Positions 22,231 through 35,240 of a stretch of DNA of 64,000 nucleotides are shown here, piece by piece. Within the stretch, counting starts at the first letter, position 1. Every line of letters starts with the position of its first letter. Source of the DNA: Macrostomum lignano (taxonomy: Eukaryota); the NCBI GenBank assembly GCA_002269645.1, contig NIVC01000643.1, positions 36,445-100,444 of the forward strand. The letters run 5' to 3'. The position numbers were made by a program, and so were the translations under genes. Under the pieces are notes generated by a model. It worked only from the letters and a program-made list of their open reading frames with translations, searched no databases and was not told the origin of the DNA.

Positions 22231-22977
22231 TGAATGGTTGCTAGAGAAGTTCTGCTCAAGTTTTTGAAACTTAAATTCGGCAGTGAGGTCATTAAACTCA
22301 GTTTTTCTAAAATAATTGGCTCGGCAAGTTCTGCACAATGGCAAGTGCCATAACACGACCTGAACAAGATTTTTGACAAAAAATCGAGGGCCATTGGCTC
22401 CGCCTTTGACTCGCAACGCAAGCAATTGTGACTCTGATAATTGTATTGAATTTAAAAACTTTTAACAGAAAAAACTCACCTCATCCAGCCCCATCATTAT
22501 CCTTCCGTGCAGCCTCCCGCTGCTTATCCTCTCTTCTCCATCACCCAGACTCATTTTTATTTGGGATCCGATAGGAGGAGACTCGCACGGAAGTCAGGCG
22601 GGTCCTGAAGTGGCATCACCTGCCCGGCTGGAAATACCTGTTGTCTGTTGTGGTAGCCCCCTCCCCTCCCGCAAACCACTGCCCAGCAACTGCCCGGCAA
22701 CCGGCTTGAAGGGAGTGGAGATAACATAATGAGGGCTTGCAAGGTTTTTTTGAAACTCTCAGAGCTCTGGGAATTAAAAACAGTTTTGTAATTCATAGCA
22801 ATTAAGGATGCACTGTGACCGAAGTTCCATGGGCGTGCGGGCGGGACCGGCCACCACACCTGACATATTTTGTGCTTAAAAGGCCTAGCGGGGGAGCTTT
22901 GGGAAGGCGTGTAAGGAGTTTCCTGTGACATCCCAGAAGCTGAACTTTAGCGATGAAGCCACTTCAATAAATTAAGT

Positions 22978-23660
22978 CTTTGGCGCCCAAATAGAGTATT
23001 TGTCGCCCAAATGGAGTCATTGGCGCCCAAATGGAGTCTTTGGCGCCCAAATGGAGTCATTGGCGCCTAAATGGAGTCTTTGGCGCCCAAATGGAGTCTT
23101 CGGCGCCCAAAATGGAGTCTTTGGCGCCCAAATTGAATATGTTGCGCCCAAAATGAAATCAGTGGCACCCAAAATGGAGTCATTGGCGCCCAACTTCAGT
23201 CATTGGCGCCCAAAATGAAATCAGTGGCGCCAAAATGGAATCAGTGGCGCCAAAATGGAATCAGTTGCGCCAAAATGGAGTAATTGGCGCCCAAATGGAA
23301 TCAGTGGCGCTAAAAATGGAATCAGTGGCGCCCAAAATGGAGTCATTGGCGCCAAAATGGAGTAATTGGCGCCCAAAATGGAATCAGTGGCGCCAAAATG
23401 GAGTCAGTGGCGCCAAAATAGAATCAGTGCTGCCAAAATTGAATCAGTGGCGCCAAAATGGAGTCAGTGGCGCCAAAATGGAGTCAGTGGCGCCAAAATG
23501 GAATCAGTGGCGCCAAAATTGAATCAGTGGCGCCAAAATGGAGTAATTGGCGCCCAAATGGAATCAGTGACGCCAAAATGGAGTAATTGGCGCCCAAATG
23601 GAATCAGTGGCGCTCAAAATGGAATCAGTGGCGCCCAAAATGGAATCAGTGGCGCTAAAA
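22978..23660. repeat. 20-21-bp minisatellite with tggcgcc core
   Basis: Repeated tggcgcccaaatggagtcat / aatcagtggcgccaaaatgg. Confidence 0.92.
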
Positions 23661-24314
23661 CAGCGCTAAAGTGACTAAATTTTCCCCTTTGCGTCTCCCA
23701 GACATTTGATTTGTTTTTGTTCCCTGTTAACTGCTGCTTGCTCAATCCGCGCGCTTCGATTACGAGGTACCTACGACCCCAGCCTCTCTGCAAAAAAATC
23801 CCCAATCAAGATGTTCCCCGTCAAAGTAGCTCGGGACCGACTGGCAGTCAGCCAGGCAGGCAGTCAGTCAGTCAGGCAGGCTTGATTGACAAGTTCCAAC
23901 CTGGCTGAGGGGTCCGCCAAGCCGGCAAGCCCGGTTTGTTTTCTCAGCCCAAACCCCCGGATGGCCTGGCGCGGGGGGCAGGAGGGGTTCAAGACGGGGA
24001 AAGCAGTTCCATATCGTGTAGTTCATTAGCTCATGCTTAGCAAAATATACTTAGGGATATATGGTGTCTGACAATGCGAGAAGCTGGAGCTGGGGATCGG
24101 AGCAGCTGGGGCGCCTCAAACCCTGCAGGCGCTGACCTCTGCAACAGGTTGCGGACCTGCTTGTGGGTCAGAGACCAGGCCAGGTGCCCAAGGGAGTTGC
24201 GGATCCGGGATCCGATGGGAGGAGAGTTTGATGCAGATCCGCGTGTTCGATGTTCAGAAAATTGGAGATCTTGTAATTGTGAAAGCAACGGCTTAATAAG
24301 ATAAGACAGAATGA

Positions 24315-24730
24315 GGCAGAGTGAGGTAGACTGACGTAAAAGAGTGACGTAGAGTGAGGTGGAGTGAGGTGGAGTGAGGTGGAGTGAGGTAGAGTGAGGT
24401 GGAGTGAAGTGGAGTGAGGTGGAGTGAGGTAGAGTGAGGTAGAGTGAGGTAGAGTGAAGTAGAGTGAGGTGGAGTGAGGTGGAGTGAGGTGGAGTGAGGT
24501 GGAGTGAGGTAGAGTGAGGTAGAGTGAAGTAGAGTGAGGTGGAGTGAGGTGGAGTGAGGTGGAGTGAGGTGGAGTGAGGTACAGTGAGGTACAGTGAGGT
24601 AGAGTGAGTTAGAGGGAGTTAGAGTGAGGTAGACTGAAGTAGAGTGACGTAGGGTGAGGTAGAGTGCGGTAGGGTGAGGTAGAGTGCGGTAGGGTGAGGT
24701 AGAGTGACTAGAATGCAAGGGTAGAGTGAG
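24315..24730. repeat. 10-bp minisatellite (agagtgaggt/ggagtgaggt)
   Basis: Tandem decamers. Confidence 0.92.
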
Positions 24731-25287
24731 GGGGAGTCCAGACACGGCTCAGCCGGAAATTACTGTGTACTGGAGAGCAGGTCTCCCCATCAGTGCTCAG
24801 ACGAGTGGCTGCAATGCAGGAGTTCGGAAGAGCCTGAGGGCAGGAGGCAGCTCCATGTGCTCATGCTCGACGTCGAGTTTAGGCTCCCACCTGGCCTTAT
24901 CGCCAAACTGAGTCTCAGTTTCAAAAGCAACATTTGCATTTCCTGTCCGATCGAGCTTCGAGAGCCGCGCCCCCGGGCTAAGGAAGGAAGGCACGGAAGG
25001 AGAGGTGTGATGATGGAGCCAGGGAGAAGTAGATCATGGGGATGGGGGGAGTAGAGATAGAAAGGGAAGATAGACCACAGCACAAGCACACAGCTTACGA
25101 AATAATTCATTGCACGGAATTACATCAACTTTGGTAAACGGAAACTGGGCAGTGATTAATAATAACGAAGGTGAAGTTCAAAGTGTGGGCTTGGGACTTG
25201 GATGACTTTGCTAATGGAACAGGGAAGGGCGATGCTGAAGACAAAGGCGGAATCTGGCTCAAATCGAAATGCAGACATTTCGAAATG

Positions 25288-26101
25288 CAGAGTGAAAGGG
25301 GAATGAAGGGAGAGTGAAGGGATAGTGAAGGGAGCGTGAAGGGAGAGTGACAGGGGAATGAAGGGAGAGTGAAGGGAGAGTGAAGGGAGAGTGAAGGGAG
25401 TGTGAAGGGAGAGTGAAGGGAGAGTGAAGGGAGTGTGAAGGGAGAATGAAGGGAGAGTGAAGGGAGTGTGAAGAGAGAGTGAAGGGAGAATGAGGGGAGA
25501 GCAAAAGGAGAATGAAGGGAGAGTGAAGGGAGTGTGAAGGGAGAGTGAAGGGAGTGTGAAGGGAGAGTGAAAGGAGTGTGAAGGGAGTGTGAAGAGAGAG
25601 TGAAGGGAGAATGAGGGGAGTGTGAAGGGAGAGTGAAGGGAGTGTGAAGGGAGAGTGAAGGGAGTGTGAAGGGAGAGCAAAAGGAGAATGGAGAGTGAAG
25701 GGAGTGTGAAGGGAGAGTGAAGGGAGTGTGAAGGGAGAGTGAAGGGAGAGACAAAAGGAGAATGAAAGGAGAGTGAAGGGAGAGTGAAGGGAGTGTGAAG
25801 GGAGAGTGAAGAGAGTGTGAAAGGAGTGTGAAGGGAGTGTGAAGGGAGAGTGAAGGGAGTGTGAAGGGAGAGTGAAGGGAGTGTGAAGGGAGTGTGAAGG
25901 GAGATTGAAGGGAGAGACAAAAGGAGAATGAAAGGAGAGTGAAGGGAGAGTGAAGGAGAGTGAAGGGAGAGTGAAGGGAGAGTGAAGGGAGAGTGAAGGG
26001 AGAGTGAAGGGAGTGTGAAGGGAGAGTGAAGGGAGAGTGAAGGGAGAGTGAAGGGAGAGTGAAGGGAGAGTGAAGGGAGAGTGAAGGGAGAGTGAAGGGA
26101 G
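25288..26101. repeat. 11-bp minisatellite (gtgaagggaga)
   Basis: Tandem 11-mers; source of the SLHSPFTLP ORFs. Confidence 0.92.
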
Positions 26102-26582
26102 ATGGGAATGGTCAGTATTGGATACTTTCCAAGCCTCAGTGAAACAAATGAAAAGCAGGTCATTTCAAAAGTTGGCACGGTTTCTTCAAAAATTGAAACC
26201 GCAGAAATGTTCAACCTGACAATCTGCCTGGCAGGTGCAGAAACGTAAAAGCAACGCTGCTAAAGAGAGCGCCATGGGCCTGCAGGACTCGTCCCCTCTG
26301 ACGCTGAAGACACCCGCCTGCTCAGCGGGTGGCCGTCAGTTCCGCTTCTCTTTTCAAACTGGCCTGAAGTTTTCCAAGAAAAACTTTCAAAACCGGAGTC
26401 TCCGGCTTTCTCGAGCTGCCGCTGCGCGAGCGGATTCGGACGGAGGCCATTGGCCAGCGCTGATGACAGCTTTCAGCACTCCTGGGGAGACCGCGGCTTG
26501 ACTGACAGCTGGACAGGAGGAGGCAAGGGGATCAGGGGGATTTGAGGCTTGGCAAAAAGTCCTGCTTTATCTGTGATGGATA

Positions 26583-26890
<308 letters not shown>

Positions 26891-27291
26891 CCATCTCCCT
26901 GATTATTCAGTCGGATCTGCATTTGGGTGCTGTCAGGCGGCAGCAGGGCAGCCAGCTGATCCCTCCCGGATCCCTGTATCCAATAGCAGCAGGCCGAATC
27001 TGTGTGGCCACCCGCTGAGCAGGCGGGAGCAGAGCCAGCAGGAGCCGCTGCTCCCAGGAGCAGTAATTGGCGAGTACGCGGGATCCCATGCCCCGGCCGG
27101 TTGCGCAACCGCAGCCAGCAGCAGCAGGGCGTGGATAAACAGCGCACCCCCAGCCGGTGGGCACCGCAGCAACCGCTGGCTTTGATAAACACTGCAACAG
27201 AGGAGGCTGATCGGTTTTAAGGAGAGCTCGAACCAAGCATCTGGAGTGGCCAGTCCTGCTAGGCCCGCCGTTATCGCAGTTTGGTTTCCGT

Positions 27292-27925
27292 TGAGGTCTT
27301 GTGAAGTTTAGGTCCTGTGAAGTACTCTTGTGAAGTATAGGTCTTGTGTGGTTTAGGTCTTTTGTAGTTTAGGTCTTAGTTTAGGTCTTGTGATCAGTTT
27401 AGGTCTTGTGAAGTATAGGTCTTGTGTGGTTTAGGTCTTTTGTAGTTTAGGTTTTAGTTTAGGTCTTGTGGAGTTTAGGTCTTGTGAAGTTTAGGTCTAG
27501 TGGAGTTTAGGTCTTGTGGAGTTTAGGTCTTGTGAAGTTTAGGTCTTGTGAAGTTTAGGTCTTGTGAAGTTTAGGTCTTGTGGAGTTTAGGTCTTGTGAA
27601 GTTTAGGTCTTGTGAAGTTTAGGTCTTGTGGAGTTTAGGTCTTGTGAAGTTTAGGTCTTGTGGAGTTTAGGTCTTGTGAAGTTTAGGTCTTGTGAAGTTT
27701 AGGTCTTGTGAGTTTAGGTCTTGTGAAGTTTAGGTCTTGTGTTTAGGTCTTGTGAAGTTTAGGTCTGTGAAGTTAGGTCTTGTGTTGTTTAGGTCTTTTG
27801 TAGTTTAGGTCTTAGTTTAGGTCTTGTGAAGGTTAGGTCCTGTGAATTTTAGGTTCTGTGAAGTTTAGGTCTTAGTTTAGGTCTTGTGAAGTTTAGGTCC
27901 TGTGAAGTTTAGGTCTTGTGAAGTT
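27292..27925. repeat. 16-bp minisatellite (gaagtttaggtcttgt)
   Basis: Tandem copies with small indels. Confidence 0.92.
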
Positions 27926-29051
27926 TTCAATTTCGATCTTGTGAAAGCATGCAGCCAGCCAATCCAGCAGTCTGTGAGGGTGGGCTCCGGCCTCCTTGGC
28001 CTGTTTTCACAGCAAACAGCTGCAGCGGACACAGTTGCCAGTGTTAAACTCTGCTACAAAATTATTAAATACTATTTGATCTGTGATAACACAGGATCAA
28101 AATAAAAGAAAATAACTAACAAGGAGATACTTAAGTGTTTTGCATTATTTTTTTATGAAGTGCCGAAAATCCAACGAGTCCCCCGTAGGGACATTGCATG
28201 TTTATGTAAAGCAACAGGTAAAGTGTGGGCTCACACACAGCTACAACTGCAGTGAATTGCGATCTGACCCGCACCTGTACGCAGGTGAAATTGCGGTATA
28301 GATGGAATCTGCATAAAGAATGACGCATTCGCCATCGTGGCCCAGAGACTCACAAAGATACTTGGCCAAGGGTGAGTTTAAAAAGCACAAATCGATATAA
28401 ATATATATAGCACTTAGACTAAAATCCCAGCAATTAAAATATAGATTTACACTGCAGTTTTTCGCGGATAAAAAATAGCAATTTAAAATGTGGCCGCAGA
28501 GGAGGAAGTGCTTCATCATTAGGCCAGATATTAAAATATGATATTAAGCATGAATATTAGCATTAATAGCATCATATTATGCTAGCAATTCATCGATATG
28601 ATATACACAGATATTAAACAATCAGAGGCTAAAAGTCAATAAAATCATATATTAAAATGTGCTGATAAAAAAATCCACAATAACCAGCAGTACAGGCTGC
28701 ACAGGTGTTGCCTCTCTGCCTCTACTAGGCGGGGTTGCTGGGGAGACACCTGTGAGCACTGCAGGCCAGCGGTCGAAAAGAGACCGCCAAACTCTACAGT
28801 GCAAAGGTTGACAAATAGCAGGGAAAAGCATCTGCAGTTTCAATTGACAGAATCCTCTTAATAAAGAGCTGGCTGCTACCAAGCAGTGACATTATTTCTG
28901 CTATTGTGGTCCTGAGCAATGCGCAGCCTCCGCGCCTCATCAGCTTCACTGGCGATCGATTTGGAGCTCAGACTGGCTTTGGATTGGGTGCAGCTCTACT
29001 GCCTTCTCACTGGCTGACGTTGAAGGGAGCGGCTGGCTTGATCTGATTGAA

Positions 29052-29790
29052 GCAGATAGGAGAGTAGGCAGCGGATAGAGGAGTAGGCAGCAGATAGGGG
29101 AGTAGGAAGCGGATAGGAGAGTAGGGAGCGTATAGGAAAGTAGGATGCGTATAGAAGAGTAGGGAGCGGATAGGAGAGTAGGGAGCGGATAGGAGAGTAG
29201 GGAGCGGATAGGAAAGTAGGATGCGGATAGGAGAGTAGGCAGCGGATAGGAGAGTAGGGAGCGGATAGGAGAGTAGGGAGCGGATAGGAGAGTAGGGAGC
29301 GGATAGGAGAGTAGGGAGCGGATAGGAGAGTAGGGAGCGGATAGGAGAGTAGGGAGCGGATAGGAAAGTAGGGAGCGGATAGGAAAGTAGGATGCGGATA
29401 GGAGAGTAGGCAGCGGATAGGAGAGTAGGGAGCGGATAGGAGAGTAGGGAGCGGATAGGAGAGTAGGGAGCGGATAGGAGAGTAGGGAGCGGATAGGAGA
29501 GTAGGGAGCGGATAGGAAAGTAGGATGCGGATAGGAGAGTAGGCAGCGGATAGGAGAGTAGGAGCGGATAGGGAGTAGGGAGCGGATCGGAGAGTAGGGA
29601 GCGGATAGGAGAGTAGGAAGCGAATAGGGGAGTAGGGAGCGGATCGGAGAGTAGAGAACAGATAGAGAAGTAGGGAGCGGATAGAAGAGTAGGGAGCGGA
29701 TATGGGGTAGGGTGTGGATAGGAGAGTAGGCAGTGGATCTTGAGGTAGACAAAGGATAGGAGAGCAGGCAGAGGAAAGGAGCGTAGGGAG
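29052..29790. repeat. 19-bp minisatellite (gcggataggagagtaggga), just 3' of the Zic stop codon
   Basis: Tandem copies. Confidence 0.92.
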
Positions 29791-29937
29791 CGGATATGGG
29801 AGTAGACAGAGGATAGGTGGGTAGGGAGCGGGTGTAGGTAGAAAGCAAGCTGCAGTCTACAAAAGCCAGTCCGAGTTGCCGAACCGAGCGCAGGCCATGC
29901 GAGTCAGCGCAGATCCGCACATGCAGTGCAGGCCAGG

Positions 29938-32912
29938 TCAGTGGAAGGCGGGGAACAGCAGCTGGTGCGCAGGGTGCCTGGACGCCTCGGCAGCCTGAAG
30001 TCGGGCGTAGCTGCTCGGGCTGGTCCAGTCGCTGGGCACCGAGGGCGGATTGGGCGACGCCTCCTGGCCGTCATTCGGCGACGAGTGTCGGCTGGCGGCG
30101 TTGCGCCGGGACTGCGGGACCTGCGGCTGCTGCGGCTGCGGCTGAGGCTGAGGCTGAGGCACTTGCTCGGACTTGACCTTGCCGCCGCCGCCTGCGCTCG
30201 CCCGGCTGCTGCAATCTTCATCAGCGGTGGCGACAGACCCCGCGGCGTCGTCGCAGTCGCCTCCGGCGCCGTGGACCCGCATGTGCTTGCGCAGCGAGCT
30301 GGGGTGCGTGTAGGACTTGTCGCAGCCGTCCACGCGGCAATAGTAGGGCTTGTCGTTCACGTGCACGTGCATGTGCTTCTTGCGGTCCGAGCTGTTCGCG
30401 AAGCGCCGGTCGCAGCCGGAGAACTCGCACTTGAACGGCTTTTCACCTGAGCGCGGACAGGGGAATGGGAGAGCAGATTAGGGACCGAATTCTTATGGGA
30501 AGTGAAGAGATCGGAGAGTCGGAGAGCGGATGAGCGCGGGAGAGAGCGGATGAGAGCGGGAGTGAGAGGATGAGAGTGGGAGAGAGAGGATGAGAGCGGG
30601 AGAGAGAGGATGAGAGCGGGAGAGAGAGGATGAGAGCGGGAGAGAGAGGATGAGAGCGGGAGAGAGAGGATGAGAGTGGGAGAGAGAGGATGAGAGTGGG
30701 AGAGAGAGGATGAGAGCGGGAGAGAGAGGATGAGAGCGGGAGAGAGAGGATGAGAGTGGGAGAGAGAGGATGAGAGTGGGAGAGAGAGGATGAGAGTGGG
30801 AGAGAGAGGATGAGAGTGGGAGAGAGAGGATGAGAGTGGGAGAGAGAGGATGAGAGTGGGAGAGAGAGGATGAGAGTGGGAGAGAGCGGATGAATGTGGG
30901 TGAGAGCGAATGAGAGCAGAGAGCAGAGTGGAGAGAAGAGTTGAAAAGATGAGGGCATGATTAATCCGACACAAAGAAAGCCACCGCTCACCTGTGTGAG
31001 TCCGCTTGTGAATTTTGAGATTCTCGGACCTGGCGAACACTTTGCCGCAGCCGGGAAACGGGCAGGGGAACGGGCGCTCCCCGGTATGCACCCGGATGTG
31101 GTTCACCAGCTTGTACTTTGCTTTGAACGGCTTCAGGTGGCGCGAGCACTCCTGCCAGTAGCAGGTGTGGTCGGTGAGCTCCGGGCCTGCGTGGCAGAGT
31201 GGATAAACGAGGGTGAGTGTCTGCGGCTTTAGGAAGAATCCGTTAGGAATTATAGGAATCCATCGAGTGGAGAATCAGGGGTCCATACTGCTTAGGGAAT
31301 TAGATAATTAAGGACCCTGCCGCATAGACAATTAGATACCAGGGTAATTAAGGACCCCGCCGCTTAGACAATTAGATAATTAAGGACCCCGCCGCTTAGA
31401 CAATTAGAACAACGCCGCTTAGACAATTAGAACACCGCCGCTTAGACAATTAGAACACCGCCGCTTACACAACTAGGACACCCCCGCTTAGACAATTAGA
31501 ACACCGCCGCTTAGACAATTAGAACACCGCCGCTTAGACAATTAGGACCCCGCCGCTTAGACAATTAGGACACCCCGCTTACACAATTAGAACACCGCCG
31601 CTTAGACAATTAGAACACCGCCGCTTACACAATTAGGACACCCCCGCTTAGACAATTAGAACAACGCCGCTTAGACAATTAGAACACCGCCGCTTACACA
31701 ACTAGGACACCCCCGCTTACACAATTAGAACACCGCCGCTTAGACAATTAGAACACCGCCGCTTAGACAATTAGAACACCGCCGCTTAGACAATTAGGAC
31801 CCCGCCGCTTAGACAATTAGAACACCGCCGCTTAGACAATTAGAACACCGCCGCTTAGACAATTAGAACACCGCCGCTTAGACAATTAGAACACCGCCGC
31901 TTAGACAATTAGAACACCGCCGCTTAGACAATTAGGACATCCCCGAATAGACAATTAGGATTCCGCGCTTAGTGAATTAGATAATTAGGACCCCGCTGCT
32001 TAGACAATTAGGGCCCCGCGCTTAGATAATTAGGGAATTAGGACCTAAGCCGCTTAGGAAAGCCGGTTAGGACCCTTGTCTCGTACAAAATGCAGCGCAA
32101 TAGTAACTAACTGACATACTCCCCCAGAAGGCTGACTCCCAATATCCATGCCAAGCGGCCGCGCTCTCACCTCCCACGTGATCCACCGTGATGTGGGTGA
32201 CGATGTCGTGGATGCTGGCGAACATCCGGTTGCAGGGCTTCCTGACGCCGCCGCCGCACATCGCTCCGAAGCCGAGCCTGGCGCCGCAGTCGGGGTCCAG
32301 CCACAGGCAGCGGTAGTCATGCCTGCCGCCGCCAGCGGACTGACTGTACACCTGCCGAACACCTGGCGGGGCCTGCTGGTGCAGGTAGGCCCGGTAGAAG
32401 GCCGGTCCGTACGGCCCCATGCCGGTCAGCGGGTGCGAGAACGGGTGGTGGTGGCCGAACGGGTTGTACTGCTCCGGTGACAGGCTGGGGAATCCGGCCT
32501 GATGAGGATGCGCGTGATGATGAGGCGCCGGAGGAAGCTGAGCTTGAGAAACTTGCTGCTGCTGTTGTTGCTGCTGTTGCTGCTGCTGAGTTTGGTACTG
32601 GTGGGGATATTGCAGGTGAGAGGAGTCGGCAATAGCAGGTGAGTGCAGGCCATGCTGCTGATGCAGCTGATGAGGATGCTGACTGTACTGAGCAGCCGAT
32701 GGCGTGAAAAAGTCACCATAGGCTGCGGCTGCCGCTGCTGCCGCCGCTGCTGCGGGGAACTCGTAGGAGGAGGGCCTGCATTGCCGCTGCTGCTGCTCTT
32801 GCTGCTGCTGTTGATGCTGCTGCTGCGGATGCTGGAAAAGCGCCTCCCTGCCCGCCGAGTCCGTCTGGTGCTCCGGCTGGGCCGCTTCAGCTGCGGCGTA
32901 GGTGCCGAACAT
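29938..32912 (-). CDS. Zic: Zic/odd-paired family C2H2 zinc-finger transcription factor, 481 aa, three coding exons
   Basis: complement(join(29938..30446,30992..31186,32171..32912)) is 1446 nt, with two phase-1 GT..AG introns. Five fingers: ZF1 [34 protein letters not shown]2 [31 protein letters not shown]3 [28 protein letters not shown]4 [25 protein letters not shown]5 [28 protein letters not shown]-like motif, PAFYRAY, precedes ZF1. Confidence 0.97.
30510..30905. repeat. 20-bp minisatellite (agagagaggatgagagtggg) in Zic intron 2
   Basis: Tandem copies inside intron 30447-30991. Confidence 0.92.
31300..32040. repeat. 23-bp minisatellite (gcttagacaattagaacaccgcc) in Zic intron 1
   Basis: Roughly 25-30 tandem copies inside intron 31187-32170. 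Confidence 0.92.
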
Positions 32913-33520
32913 TGGCTCGACTTAATTAGTGCCTGATAATTGCGGTCCTATTGGTCAGTGCTGATGTCAGCTGTTTGCGCATGTGAGTGTGGATTGCGGA
33001 CCGTCGGCTAGTCGTATTGATTCGCTCTCTGGGTCGCAAAGCTGATTCCCGCACCGAGCTGCACAAAAAGGCGATGCAACGCGGCAGGGGTCAAACAATG
33101 ACAAAAAAGATTTGCTTTGTTTAAAAAAGCTTCGCGCCCAAAAGCTGCGTGTTAGCGAACGTTCGGCTCGTTTTCGTTTTCAACAAAAAAGGAAAAGTTG
33201 GCGCTCACGGCGATCTTAGAATCCGAACCCCCGCCAGGACCGCGTTTTATCCGCGCGGTGGGACAACGCGAAGGGGGCGAGGCTTGCGCCAGCCATTGGC
33301 TGCGGCGGACGCCGCGGGGGGCTGGGGTGGGTGGGCCGAGTGGGGGTGCGGGTGCCGACTTGGGGGAGCCATGAATTGTGCGCTGAGGCCCCAGCCTGAG
33401 CGTCAGTTCATGATAGACCCCCTTTTCCATCCAGCCACCCCCAGCACCCCCAACCCTCTCAATTTAATTGCCCCGCCCCCCTCCCCCCGGACAGGGAGGT
33501 GGCTTCACTGTGCACTGAAA
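32913..33520 (-). promoter_or_regulatory. Putative Zic 5' UTR / proximal promoter
   Basis: Unique, CpG-rich sequence directly upstream of the ATG, with CCAAT motifs on the minus strand (about 32951 and 33294) and a GC box (ccccgcccc, about 33470). Inferred from position and motifs only. Confidence 0.4.
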
Positions 33521-34439
33521 CTGTTTTATTGGGTTTCAACTTTCAATTGAATGAAGCTGAGGCGTCCCCTCTATTGCTGGCCAAGTCAAAAGTTCAATTG
33601 GTCCAGTTTTAATTTGCACTTAGCCAGAACCGCTGATAATTGTTATTATTCAATGTAGATATTATTATGTACAGTCATTATGTACAATCAATAATAAACC
33701 AAATTTAAGTACATTTCTGTACATCTGCGTGACTGAAATTGGGTAGAAAAATAATAGTGAAAAACTTGATTGATCATGCGGCTTGTACATTTTTTGTCTA
33801 TTTGTACGCCAGTATGATTGTAACATTACTTAAATACATTTTCAATATTTCGTGCAATGTTTAATGATAATAATGGCAACCCCAAGATGACGAAACAAAA
33901 CAGTTGAATGTTACAAATTTATCACAGAAAAAAGAGCTAAAAGATAGCGAGCGCTACGTAAGGGCGACACCACCTGTCCGCAATCGCTCTACCTACTAGA
34001 GGAATAGAATTCCGATTTCCAAGAAATAACAGTTAGCGAGACAACCCGAGACTTCCCCCGGTGCAACTTGAAGCGCACACAAGTTGAAAACTTGTTAAAT
34101 TGTTACGGTTTTCATTGGCTGAACTACCGCGCAGTCCGCAACGGCTATTATTAGTGAACATACGCCAAGTGGCCAACTGTCGCGACAGTGCAGAGTTGCT
34201 ATTTTTTCGATATTACCTGACGAGAGCAAGGTAAAACTTATGGAAAAAAGTATGGAAATAAAATAGAGACAAGGCAACAAGTGACGCCAGAGATGGGGTT
34301 CTGGCCATAGACAGGTGAATAAAAGCCGCTCTCAAATGTCAAATGCGCGCATGCGGTCGCAATACAGTTATAGAGAAGCGGCCGCACAATCACCTGTTAT
34401 GCGAGTCCCCGCCCCGCCCATGGCAAGGAGCAAGAACTA

Positions 34440-35240
34440 TCTCTACATATAAAAATCAAAACTCTGTCTGTCTGTCTGTCTGTGTGTGGACAATTTTGAT
34501 CGCTATGGACTCCCAAACCGCTCAACCAAATTACACCAAACTTTACACCCACCCTAAACTTACTACGGAGAATGTCTTAGGCTACCTTTTAATTTCCTAG
34601 ACTCAAGTCTTCCTACCTAAAAGTACAAAAAACTGCTCAAAATGCGCGATTTTTTCACTAAATCCTCCATAGCGCCGCTCCACTTCTACCGATTCTCTTC
34701 AAATTTGACACAGGCAATTTTCAACTATTTTGACACAATCGTGTAAAATTTCAAATCTCAAAGTTAATCCTGAAAGCCGCTGTGCACTTTTAAAGTTTGG
34801 CTGTTTTTTTCAGCGAGGCAGCCACCCCAACCTCCGCCCGCCTGCCTCTCTTTCCCGATCTGGGCAAAGGGTGTGAATAGGTTTTAAAATGACTAACTTT
34901 CGGCTGCCATGGTTTTGCTCCACGTGAAGCGATTGACTTCAAATTTGACACAATTCTTTATTGACTCATTCTCTGCCTACATGTAAAGTCTTAACTCTGT
35001 ATCTCAATCAGGACAGAAACTGTAAGCATGTGAAGTTTGTCTGCTTTTTTTGTTGTTTGTGCCGCTCACTCACTCATTCCCCCAGCTCAGACGAAGGGTC
35101 AGGCGATAGGGCTCAATGTACATAGCGAGTGTACAGTGTTTTGGAATAACTTTTAAATAGCCTTCTCTGTACCCCGCGAGTGGAGAGGCGTGGAGAGGAG
35201 AGAGTTTAGCCAGAGATTCAATTTCAAACCACTGTCCTCT
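34440..35240 (+). mobile_element. Non-autonomous Helitron-like repeat (5' end and body; 3' end not identified)
   Basis: Begins A|TC-TCTACATATAAAAATCAAAA, followed by a short (TCTG)n tract and aaccgctcaaccaaattacaccaaacttt. This is the 5'-TC / AT-rich / microsatellite layout typical of non-autonomous Helitrons and DINE-like elements. The body is shared with 4090-4600. Confidence 0.55.

Noticed and set aside
27292-27925. TTTAGG-containing array as interstitial telomere
   Set aside because: The unit is a 16-mer (gaagtttaggtcttgt), not contiguous TTAGGG, TTAGG or TTTAGGG.
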